A stretch of DNA of 33,000 bases from Dicyema japonicum (GCA_011109175.1 RDEW01000015.1:987868-1020867), one strand, 5' to 3'; positions 12,686-23,645 are shown, numbered from the stretch's first letter. The notes: generated by a model from the sequence alone, not told the origin. Numbers and translations: made by a program.

Positions 12686-13125
12686 TTATTTTTCCCAATT
12701 ACCACAAGAGATTAAATAATTAATTAAATCTAATGGCCATGCATTCCTTGCGTAATCAAACGATACAATGTGGATTTTCTTAGAGTTTTGTCTTTAAAGT
12801 AACAAACCACAATACAATTTGACTTGTAATCTAATAATTTCACCTTTGCGATCAAAATACTCCATAGACTCCAAAGCATAATCCGATAATTCACCATCTT
12901 TTGTATCATGTCTCATGATTTTACTATAATATAACAATATTATGACCAATTTTGACTTTCCGATTCGAATTTATCTATTATATCGTTGCAGTTTAGATTG
13001 CATAGCCGTTCCCATGAGTAACCCTCCCAATTTACGAGATACTGTTTCTCTCCATTTTCATCAATTTTTGAGTCGACAATATTTTTTACTTTATAATTTA
13101 TCTTATTTCTTTGTAAATTCCACAT
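12686..13125 (-). CDS. HP1/CBX-like chromodomain + chromoshadow protein, 130 aa, 3 exons
   Basis: ATG 13125, phase-2 introns at 12924-12946 and 12792-12815, TAA 12686-12688; spliced length 393 nt, open frame. Chromodomain YKVKNIVDSKIDENGEKQYLVNWEGYSWE..NLNC.DII.KF. C-terminal LQVKL|QNSKKIHIVSFDYARNAWPLDLINYLISCGNW resembles a chromoshadow domain. Confidence 0.8.
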
Positions 13126-13619
13126 TAACAACAGTTAAGTTAAGATATGTAAATTATTATAAAGTAAATGTTATGTAATTTATTACGTAACAACATAAAT
13201 CAATCATAGCTATAATTCCGAACAGCAAGTACACGAAATAGATTAGTTTTCAGATCGCATGAGTTTTAAGCGTTCTACAAGATGTGCTGTTTTTGACATT
13301 GGAGATGACTTTTTTTACAATAATAATCAATTAAGTCATTCTGCAGTCCATATTAAGTCTTCCTATTTGTTTAAGATAGATACCTCTTTGTAGAATTGAT
13401 GTTTTATTGCCTTTGATTTTTTAGATCTCTTCTGGACGAGTGAGATATATGATTTCCCTGTTAAAGTAATGAATGTAGTCCTGGGTGAAAGCTTGGAAAT
13501 GATTTTTGGCTGAGTTGGATTCAATTTGTGATAAGTTTTACTGCATATATCTAATTAACCAACTAAATCCAATAATTACAAAATTTAAACTCTGATGTGT
13601 TTTAGAAAAACGCAATTTC

Positions 13620-14300
13620 CCGTGAAGATGTGTTTCGCTATGACTACACAAAGCCCAAGGATAGACGATGAACAAAGTATTGGTGCTTTTGGAAAGACCT
13701 GTGTTTTAACATGGACAACTCTACATTGCTTTGAGCAGGAGAAAATTTAAAGAGAATGTGAGATACAATAATTATGTTTTATTTTAGATAAAGTCATACG
13801 AGCTTTGAGGCCAACCGACGAAAAACCAAGCGATTAACTTTACGGAGAACATGACGTGACGAATTGCTTTTGGTAGTGTCCCTGAAAACATTCATTCATT
13901 AGTTTGGTGATAGCCAACACAAGGCGGACGCTAGAGTTGCCCGAGTTCTGAGCAATGAGGTCTTTGAGAAGCCCGGACGAAGCCCATCAAATCCTCCACT
14001 GCTGCTCGGGACAAAAGAGAGAATCCCATTTTTTATATCCTCTTCAGAATCAAGAATATGATGTAATTGTCCCGAGCAAAGTGGGATCGATGGTCGTTTA
14101 GGAGACTTGGGTAGCGCTCAACAAGTGATTCAAGTATACGGTTCAAGAATCCTCACGGCAGCACGGATTCCAATTTCAGAAAGCTTTCGATGAAATGTAC
14201 GTGGTAATCTCTGTGTGTCCGAGACAATCGATTTTTGCTTCTCATAGTTTTGGAATCTGAGCATGTGTTTTCCGTGTTAACCAATAATTTCCCAGAGGAG
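13620..14300 (-). mobile_element. CRE-clade fragment (N-terminal part of RT ORF)
   Basis: GIRAAVRIL, SFVPSSSGGFDGLRPG and VFRRLASK parallel 3330-3750 of the long CRE copy. Confidence 0.75.
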
Positions 14301-14539
14301 AATTTGTGGATATTTTGTTTTACTGTGGGCGTGAGTGATTTCTCTTCTTTTCTCCTTCTATGGAGTATGTATATAGGAGAGGCGATTAAATATAGGATAA
14401 TTAAAGCGATATTTTAACGTGGCGTCATGTGGTCCACCAGACAGAATAGCCATGGAGGCGCTCAGAGTGGGCGTAACGCACTCCAGAAAAGTACCATTTG
14501 CTTTCTTCTACCGGAGAGTAATGTCACCCCCGGTCGGCG

Positions 14540-15290
14540 GACCGGATTTCAGTGATCCAGCTCAACGTGAATGGAATCAAGGGTAAAATCTTGGAGCTCA
14601 GAACACTCATCTCAAAAATCAAAATTGACATTTTACTAATTCAAGAGTCTAAATTGACTCCGAAGGAATTTATGCCTATTTTTCCTGGATTCAATGTTAT
14701 TCAGGAAAGATCGTACAAAGAAATGTGGAGGTGGACTACTAACGATATTAGAAAGGGATTCAAGTATCAGGACAGTTCATCAGAAATAAAGAAACTCCTT
14801 GGGGACGATGAAACCACGGAAACCATTGAAATCTCTGTGAGTTTCAACAAAAGGAAAATTGTTTCTGGTGAACGTCTATATACCTCCTCTCGGCTCATGT
14901 TCTAATAAGTATTCAATGGTTGACTTTGGAAAATTTGGGGGATATCTTGATCTGCGGAGACCTGAATGCCAAACATCTCCTTTGGCTGTCAAGTCAGCAA
15001 GAGGAAGACTTAAATTCTCGCAGTCTGGAAAACTGATGATCATTAATGACCCCTTGAAACACACAAGAACCCCTTTCAGGAATTCTTATCAACCTACATC
15101 CCCAGACATCACTCTCTGCTCTCCAACTCTCTCTACAAGAGTAACTTGGTCCGTCATACACGATACCAGAAGCGACCACAATCCTATTTTATTGAAGATC
15201 AGGAGGGAGGTATTTTGTGATAACAAGAATTTGACCTACATATACAAATCCGCAAACTGGAACCTTTTCCGGATTATTACTGAATATCTT
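14540..15290 (+). mobile_element. LINE APE endonuclease domain, frameshifted and truncated
   Basis: IQLNVNGI, DILLIQESKL, VNVYIPP, CGDLNAKH, SPDITL, SDHNPIL, YKSANW. Confidence 0.9.
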
Positions 15291-15560
15291 TGGTTGACGT
15301 AAATCCGGAAGATTTCTCCTCCGTAAATCCGGAAATTTCTTATCTGCGACGTCACCTGTACCTGCACGCTTGCCCCTTACAGAGTGCATCTGGAGCCTGC
15401 TCTGTTGTTGAGAAGGCGAGAGGTTATAACGAGAAAAGTACGCGGTCCTACCCACTGATTTTTTTGTTTGTTCTACTCGCTGTTGAGAGGTCTAGTTCCT
15501 TTGCGCCTGAAACATTGGAATTCCTGAGTTATCTAGGAAATAGGAATCCTTTACTTTCAT
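15290..15560 (+). mobile_element. CRE-clade RLE fragment
   Basis: CDVTCTCTLAP and LAVERSSSFAPETLEFLSYLG correspond to WDVTC and AIETSGNFGPKTLKFLNHLG. Confidence 0.7.
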
Positions 15561-15589
15561 GATTTTAGAATTCAATAGAAAGAAACAGT

Positions 15590-15880
15590 CTCAGAGCCTC
15601 TTCCAGGACAAAAACCCCACTGCTCTGGAATTAGAAAGTCATTCTCTTCTATATTTCTACTAAGTTTCTTGAAAATGATACATTAGCCTCTTGTCTACTT
15701 AGCCTCTAGAAAAGATCATATTAAGCCAATTGGCATGTAACTTGCCGGATCTCTCATTGACTTTCCTGATTTTGAAAACATCCTCACCACAGCTTTCTTC
15801 CATATTGAGGAGATAGTCAAGTTTTAAATACCCATCGTAAAGACATCGCAGATAATAAAATTCGGACCCTCCTTGATAAG
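15590..15880 (-). mobile_element. LINE RT N-terminal fragment
   Basis: WKKAVVRMFSKSGKSMRDPASYMPI corresponds to the RT consensus WK.A...I.K.GK....P.SYRPI. Confidence 0.7.
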
Positions 15881-15924
15881 CTTTAAATAAAATATTCGGA
15901 TTGATATGTGGTCATATCCTAGAG

Positions 15925-16760
15925 CAGGGGTGGCCAACCTTTTTCGCTCGCGAGCTACTTTTTATAAATATAGCGATTTGTCTGGCGATACGCATCAATC
16001 AAATTGGGATATTTTCCTGGAGACATAAATTTCCAAATATTGAAATTCGAATGTACTTTTAAAATAATGTCATTTTTTAATTTATAATTTTATTTGAATC
16101 TTTTTTGAATATACTTTTAAAAAAATGTCATTTTTTAGATTTATAATTTCTATTTGAAATTTTCTTGAATGCAATTTTAAAATAATGTCATTTTTAGATT
16201 TATAATGATGTCATTTTTTTAATTTATAATTTCTAAAAAATCTTTCTTAATTCTTCTGAAACATTTTCGATGTGACTCTCCATGAACGGAGAAGCAAAAA
16301 AATTGCATAAAAGAGTAATTTTTTTGAAATCGCCAAATCTGTGATTAAACTCGTTCATTATATTTTGTAGTAGCACAGCAAATTCTTCGACAATGATTTT
16401 TATTTACAAGTTGTTTTTGAATTCATCTTCAATATTATGAAAATGGGTAAAATTTTCTTTTGGATTTGAGATATGCACAATTCTCACTTCATATTGAAAG
16501 AATTTATTGAGTTGATCATATCGAGAATATATTTATTGATTCCCTGTAATTCCAAATTTAGTTCATTCAGTTTTGTGGTAATATCAGCTAAAATGCAAAA
16601 AACCAATCAGGATATCAAGAAAATGCCAATCCTTATTGTTTTCTTTTGGAAATTCTGTAATATATGGTAATAATTCTCTGAAACGAGTGAGAATTAATCC
16701 CTTGCTCAACCATATTGTGTCACAGTGCAAAGCTGCTGTTATGGATACAAGTTTCTTTAT
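15925..16760 (-). mobile_element. hAT (Charlie/SPIN-like) DNA transposon remnant: one TIR plus transposase fragment
   Basis: TIR-like CAGGGGTGGCCAACC at 15925 preceded by TCCTAGAG (Charlie-type NTCTAGAN-like target). Minus-strand peptides WLSKGLILTRFRELL, LADITTKLNELNLELQG and EFNHRFGDF. No second TIR found. Confidence 0.8.
16048..16234. repeat. AT-rich ~58-60 bp subterminal tandem repeat of the hAT element
   Basis: Core AATGTCATTTTTT..ATTTATAAT recurs four times. Confidence 0.8.
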
Positions 16761-16779
16761 TAACGGTAACTGGAAATCC

Positions 16780-17030
16780 TTTGCCTCGGAAAAAACGATG
16801 AAGGCAAAGGAAAAAAATACGAAGCGCCGATTCGCGCTCTACCCCATTGTTGTTGAGACGACTGGAAGAATAAGTGGGAAATCGCTTCGTTTCCTAAAGA
16901 AGCTTGGACGCCTAGGTACACTAAAAAGCCACGACGCACGAGAGACCCGGTGGCTTCTCCAACTGATCTCTGTTGCAATCGTGAGAGGCAACGCAACCTC
17001 GATAATAGGGAGTTCCTCGTCGGTGTATTT
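16780..17030 (+). mobile_element. CRE-clade 3' terminal fragment
   Basis: YPIVVETTGRISGKSLRFLKKLG..RETRWLLQLISVAIVRGNA; similar at the nucleotide level to the 11170-11410 copy. Confidence 0.85.
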
Positions 17031-17671
17031 CAATATATTGACAGACATCTTTTTTTGTCATCCGGGATCAAACTCCACGGATCCAAACCCTGGATTTTTT
17101 GAAGCAGATCCCTGAATATCGAAGGTGCTTTCTTAGTCATACATACGCCCCCATCTGTTTTGCTTAATATAATCTTTTCATTCTCCGACTTGGACACATT
17201 ATCCTCCGATAGTTCTTCCAAAAGGAGGGATTTTTTACATCAACTTTCGCAGATTCAGCCATCCACATACGGTCCTTTTCATCTTTCCATATACTGTTGA
17301 TTGCCTTTTTGATGATTCTGGCAGATATAACTTACCCTTCTGCCCTGCCAACAAATCGCATCAACTGCACTCTTAGGCTATTTCTCTAACAAATAAACCT
17401 CCTGATAATAGGTGCAACAGAATAATGAGTTTCTTTGGAGAATATTCTTCTCGCATAGAAATTCAAATGATTGCACTGGGTTCGTGACCTCTTTAATTGC
17501 AGTATTAATATCCTATTTTGTTTAAAACTATTTTGATGGAACACATAAGTTATTCGACATGAACCCCAATAGTGTGCCTAATCCACACAGATATGTTAAA
17601 TGGCTGTTGCACTAAAATAAACGTTACCTACTTTACCTTTTTTGAATTTATTAAGCCAATTAAACAAAAAA

Positions 17672-17773
17672 GCCTAACCTTAACTCCTAATTTTAATCCT
17701 AATGCCTAACCATAATCCATAACACTAATCCCTAACCAAACGTTAAAGATGAAAACGAACTAACCCTAACCTA
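17672..17773. repeat. Degenerate (CCCTAA)n-like tract
   Basis: GCCTAACCTTAACTCCTAA..ATCCTAATGCCTAACCATAA..CACTAATCCCTAACC..TAACCCTAACCTAA. Confidence 0.6.
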
Positions 17774-18108
17774 ATATCTGTAGCATCAAGATCAATCGGA
17801 CAAGTAATGTAGCTGGTGCCTGGAGCCAACTAAAACTTTCGTAACACGTAGCCTATAGTATCCTTCATAGAAACGACATGTATGCACGGTAGAGGTTGCC
17901 AATTCCTTAACAAATTCATTAAGGTCGTTATCATCAACGCATAAGGGCAAGTTTTTCAACACAATTTCTGACGGTCTCTAGGATTTACGGAAACAAGAGA
18001 AGACAAAATTTCTCATGAATGACAATAATTAAGCTGAAAATAGATATTATTTAATTTGAGGGCATTAAATTAAATATGGTTTAATAAGTTCCCGACAAAA
18101 ATCCAGGT

Positions 18109-18143
18109 GGTTCGAATCTCGCTGCTGTCTATTCGGCGAAGGT
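18109..18143 (+). repeat. Second putative tRNA-derived B-box head
   Basis: GGTTCGAATC followed 23 nt later by TTCGGCGAAGGT, matching the layout at 6901-6936. Confidence 0.35.
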
Positions 18144-19281
18144 TCCACGAATGTATGATGTTTCTGGGTTGACGCGTAAAGCCATCGTCAGTGATTCATT
18201 GCTGCGGAACCGGATTATCTTCTGAAAATCACTCACTGAAAGCTCAAATCAGTGTTGGCTCTAAGCTTAGGTCTGACTTTTGCAAACCTTACATGTGTCG
18301 TTGTGGGGTGAAGGTTGATCAGAAGAGGATTCATTTTCCTTCATGAAGAAGGACCGACGGAAAGTTTCCCTCTCACGGGGATTGATAGTAATTTTTACAT
18401 TTTCGCTTGGAGATCGTTTCCACCTGGTTCTAATCGCCTCCAGAACCTCTGGAGACGTTGGAAGAATTGGTAGAAGCGTTGTCATTGCTCAGAAATCCTC
18501 GTGGACGGCGATGGTTTACGCACAGAGCTTAAGAATGGCCGTCATCTGCGAAAATGTCGACTGACTCTTGGTATCTTAAGCTTTGTTTATCATTATTATA
18601 AGAGAACTTCAAGATCACAAAGAAAGATATTAAAAAAAAACTAATTAAGCAATTTCTGTCTCCAATAATCTCCTAACTCTCCTTGCATGATAATCAAATG
18701 TCCCAACTGTTGAGCGGTAAACCCTCAGAGAAAGTTTAGATATGTATTTGGTTCAGATCGGAGGTCATACAGATAATGAATATATTTAATTCTGTTTCTA
18801 ATAAATATTTAAATTAAAAAATATAAAAATTAAATCAATCATGATAATAAATCAGATTATTTAATGTTTGTTGATGTAACCAATGGTGTACCGCAAATAA
18901 ACAATTATTTTATGACATAAGAAAATTCCTATTAAGGAAATTAAAACGTGACAATTTAAAGCACGTGCATCTAATCCGCGCAAAGATTAATAAATGAATC
19001 AGACAACAACGTACGTCGTGGCGTGACCGAAAATTACTGACATCATCAGAAAATAGTTGACCTATCAAGAAATGGAAATTGTAAAGTGCAAAATCAAAAA
19101 AACAAAAACAAGGAAGGAAGTTAAGCAGTAGACCACAAAATGACTTGATAAAATTTTTAGTATTTTTAATTATTAATTTTATTAATTTAAAAAATAAAAT
19201 AATTAATTAGTTTAAACAATATAAAATAATAAAATTAATACACGCATACTGATTTGTACAATTTGATCTCATCAGTTATAC

Positions 19282-21580
19282 ATGATATTTTCAAAGAAAA
19301 CTGTAAACAAACTATTTATTAAAGTCTTGTGGGAATTTCATTCGCTCAGATGATTTGCTAAATGAAGCAAATATAAAAAAATCGAGATTTTTGGATTTCA
19401 TTAATCTCGAAAATCCCAGTGATTTGAAAATTTCCAATATTTTGTCTCTTTTTAAGAAAGGGCGTTCTATTGCTGGGGAGAATGGGAAATATCTGGGGAC
19501 CAGAAAGGACAACATGTCCCCTTATTCCTGGGTCACCTATGGAGAAGTTGTCGTTATTACTTATTCTAGTTCAACGAAATGGCCTCAGCCTGTGCAGCTG
19601 GTTTGGCTTGTCTCGATATCGACTCTGGAAACGACGTCCGTCTAGCAGTCTACTGCAGGATGGGGGTAGAACTTTACTCCCTTATGGTTGGAGCCATAAA
19701 ACGGAGGAATGTGATTGTCACTCTGTATGACACTCTAGGCATGGACTCCATCATACACGTGATAAATGAAAGTTTTTGATTCTGTTACCAAATTAGCCAG
19801 CCCAAAAATGGTTTTCTGTGACAGTGAGAGAAATTTGATTGCTCTTCTTAATATTCAGAGTTTCAAATCAACTCACGTTTTCGTTTCCTTCCTAATAACC
19901 ACCGAGATCCAACATAAGGCCGATGCTCATGGGATCATACTCCTATCAGTGACTGACCTAATTGTTTAATTTCCCTTAATTCTCGATAGAAAAATGGGAC
20001 AGTCTCAAAAAGACGACTTCCTTGATCGTGAAGACGGACCCGCAGATGATTTGGTCTCAATTCTGTACACCAGTGGAAGTTCAGGTACGATTGGTAAACC
20101 CATTTGATTAGGAACCCCTAAAGGAGTCCAGCTTACTCACAAGCAGTACGTATTTAATGTCCTTTCTATCATTCGACATACAGTAGGATCTTATAAAACA
20201 TGATTTAGACCTGTGAGGACAACTATTTCACCACCGATGACCTGGTTTATTATTCCTACCTTCCCTTTCAGCATTCCTTCGAAAATATCGCTCTAGTTGG
20301 CCTTTATGTGATTTTTAGATTTTCTGCAGCACTCTTGGTGCGAAGATTGGGATCACAAGGAGACTTAAAGCTAATCACCTCTGACTTGGCCGAATTGAAG
20401 CCGACCTTTATAGTGGCAGTTCCGCGGTTCTCCAAAGATTCAGGGAGCGGATAAACGAAGGAGTGGAAAACTCTAATTTCCTCCTCAGCACCATTTTTAA
20501 TTGGAACGTGAAACGTGAAAAGGAGCATCTTCTAACGTAATTTTTGTTACTATTTTAAGAAATGGGCATTTTTCAAGTGGAATACTCGACAATATCATTT
20601 TCCGCAAAGTCCACAAGATTTTTGGAGGAATTTAAAGTATATCGTTGTCGGTGGAGCTCCAATGTCAAAAGATCTTGAACTTTTCTGCCGAACTGTCCTT
20701 GGAGTACAGTTGTTGCATGGATATGGACTTACAGAGACTATGGCTGCTTCAATTGTTCAGTCGGTGGGCAACGGAGGACTGGGTATGCTTGTAGACTAAG
20801 TTTCGAGGTAACTGTGGAGCCCCGTTAGCGGGGGTTGAAGTAAAGCTTGTAGACGTCCCGGAATTGGGTTATTTTAGTTCTAAGGGTTTTGGAGAGGTTG
20901 TTTGAAGTTCTTGAAATTAGATTTATATTCGAGGCCCGAATATAATGACTGGATACTTCAATAGACCGGATCTCACCAAAGAGGCTTTTGACGAGGATGG
21001 TTTTTTTAAATCCGGAGACATTGGTATGCTCAATAAAGTTAGAGCACTTCATTAATTTCTAGGATGGAACTTTCTCCATAATTGACCGCTCTAAGAATAT
21101 TTTTAAGCTTTCTCAGGTGGATGTCTCAATTATTCTTAGGGAGAGTACATTATGTGTGAGAAAATTGAGAGCATTATGTCAACATCCCTGGTAAAACAAA
21201 TTATGGTATATGGGGACAGCACAAAGGTGGAAATTCTGAAATATTGCTTAGGACTACCTACTGGCAGTGATTATTGTGGATAAGGAGTATCTCTCAAAGT
21301 TTGCTGAAAAACTACACATCAACGGGGATTCTGGAGAAACCCTTCTCGAAAATAAGGTTTGATGAGTTCGTTATGTCTGAATGTGAGATCAAAATTGCTG
21401 GATGAACTGACGAAAATGGGTAGGAAAGCTAACCTTGGATTTGAGCTAGTTAAGGAGTTCGTGCTTGATTTAAACGAATTTACAACCGAAAATGAACTTT
21501 TGACTCCTAACTTTAAGATTAGACGACCAATCGTAACAAGGAAGTATTACGACAAATTACAGGCCTTATACAATAAATGA
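19282..21580 (+). CDS. Long-chain fatty acyl-CoA synthetase (ACSL family), 15 exons, with ~4 apparent indels
   Basis: ATG 19282, TGA 21578-21580. Introns at 19303-19324, 19547-19569, 19772-19796, 19964-19989, 20085-20111, 20183-20208, 20296-20318, 20537-20559, 20783-20807, 20897-20920, 21038-21062, 21117-21139, 21227-21251 and 21357-21379. Motifs: LYDTLG, YTSGSSGTPKGV, SYLP..H..E, GYGLTE, GEIYIRGPN, DGFFKSGDIG, IIDRSKNIFKLSQGEY, LLTPNFK. Confidence 0.93.
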
Positions 21581-22569
21581 TTGGTTTTACTAATTTTTAT
21601 TCTTAATTTTTACTAATTGGACATTATTTTTTATGAAAAGCCTCATCTATATGAGCTAAAGAATTTTTATAATAATTATTCCATCATCCAATAAATGATT
21701 TAAAACCCTCATCCCTCGATCACATGAATTTAAAGTTGTATTTATGGAAAAAGTATTATGTCGATGTATGAATATTTGATAAACTATACGTCAGTATTCT
21801 GTTTTTCTTCCTTCTTTCATTTCTTAGTTAATAGGAGGTAGCCAATTTTCAAAAATACTTTTTGTCATCAAAGCCTGTACGAAGCATCATATTCAATCCC
21901 AATGGCTTTTAAATTTACCCCTTAATAGTCGGCGACTGTGACCCCCCCTATTATAAGTGGCTTATAATTTCCTCCACTATAGGTACAACATAAAAGGTGT
22001 TAGAGACATTCTTTTCTATGTCCGTTGGATGATTCACTTTTTTTAACAAAACTTTTATTCGACAAAGATTTATGCAAATTTGTAGTTTCATTACATTTTA
22101 AAAGTTTTTTAGAATTTCTATACATTGTTTTTGTTAGCTGACCGTGCTTAGCCTTGAAGGGTTTTGAGTTTTATATCAATTTAGAATGTAGGTGATTAAT
22201 CAGGAAACCTTTGCATCTGAGAACAAAAAACTTGATAAACCTCCGTATTTAATTGGTACCCAATTACTCAATTTGACTTAGAGGAGACTTTACATAATAT
22301 TTCTTCCCAGACTTTTCGCAAATAAATGCATATTTACAAACCTGATGTTTATCCCTACATATTCTAATTTTTATTTTTTTTCCTGGGCATCAATGACGAA
22401 TATGGATGTGTTTGATATTTTATTATTAATTTACTCGACTTGGGGGTTTATTACTAAAAAATTCATCATTATAAAATCTCTCCAAAATTGAGGTTTTCCA
22501 CAAAAAGAGGTTTTCTCAACAGTTTGGATTTTTCCAAAACGAGGTTAAACTGTGTTACGAGAACTTACC

Positions 22570-22900
22570 TACTTGGTTGAAGGATTCCTTTCCGACCTTT
22601 GCTTTCTTCAATTCATAAAGGCCGTCATGGATCCATCTGACTTATTAGACACTCACTGCCTGGTGGTATTCAAAATGGGTCCCTTTCTTCCCCATTACAG
22701 TGGAGAGATTTCCACAATGACGAATGGGTGACTTGATGTTTGAAAGGAGGCGTCCTAATCGTGGGAAATGGATAAAACTTATTTCAGGTATATCCTGGAT
22801 TATCAAATAAGTTCCGAGATAAACTTTCTAGAAGAGCTAGGGTCTCGTTCTTGGTTCTCTAATCCTTATTCTAGTCCGGTGTATAACCTTTTTAACAAAA
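22570..22900 (+). mobile_element. Possible decayed LINE RT remnant
   Basis: GIQNGSLSSPL resembles GVPQGS.LSP; otherwise heavily decayed. Confidence 0.3.
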
Positions 22901-23284
22901 CCCAGTAAGACCAAGAAGTGAGGCTCAATTTAATTCCTATGAGCTAAATGTTTTCGTGTCTGTTGAGATAGTAACTATTCTGTTCCTTTAATAGTAAAAC
23001 AGTGAACAAATAAAAGATAAAAAAGCACATTTTACTGAGCAATGTAAACAAAGCAATCGTTGGCGGTTTTGAGTTGAGAAAATAGTATTTTGAACAATAC
23101 GTGGTACTTGAGAAAAATTCTGAACTCAATTACGTGGCTTGGAAATGCATGCAAAAAAAAACAGTTCTTATTACTTTTAACTTTAAATTAGCGCTGGTTT
23201 TCATGCGTTCAGTGCCTTAATGCCCGGAAAAATAAATTCTTCAATCACAGTTAAATGGAAAGAGTAACTAGTCCCTCAGTCAAG

Positions 23285-23645
23285 ACTGGCGCATTTCCCT
23301 AGACGATCTGAAGGAAATGCCCTCAATAAGCCAGCTCCTTTCTCTCTTATTCTCTTTTCCACGTTGCGTTGAGCAATCCGATACGGTTCAAAGGGCCAGT
23401 GTTCTGGTCTCTATGAGTCCTGATGTTTCCATGGAGACTAGTTCAAAATGAACTGTCCACCTAGACATTCGTATTTTTTTAGGGTCTCAGCCTTTTCCGA
23501 GGATGATCCTGGGTGAGATATTGTCATTGCAAGGTTGGAAGAAGAGAGGCCATTCACACAGATGGCGTCTCAGGAGAGGTATCTATCACTTTTTCTTTAG
23601 AAAAGAGTTTCCTCGTCATGCCTAGTTTAATCGACACCTCGGAAA
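23285..23645 (-). mobile_element. Decayed CRE-clade RLE fragment
   Basis: DAICVNGLSSSNL..PGSSSEKAETLKKYECLGGQF corresponds to WDVTC..PGRPSSQAEEMKNAKY. Confidence 0.65.

Noticed and set aside
12940-13131. Chromodomain as a chromovirus integrase remnant
   Set aside because: No integrase or LTR nearby, and it splices in frame to a chromoshadow-like exon.
16048-16234. Periodic repeats as a CRISPR array
   Set aside because: Whole units repeat with no unique spacers, no cas genes are present, and the context is a eukaryotic hAT subterminal region.
17100-18780. Coding-like blocks such as IVLKNLPLCVDDNDL and ORF 18267-18485 as host genes
   Set aside because: No consistent micro-intron model or recognisable domain; probably decayed TE ORF1 or 5' regions, left unassigned.
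21950-21968. Palindrome ATTATAAG-TGG-CTTATAAT as a Helitron end or terminator
   Set aside because: AT-rich 8-bp stem expected by chance; no convincing CTRR terminus.
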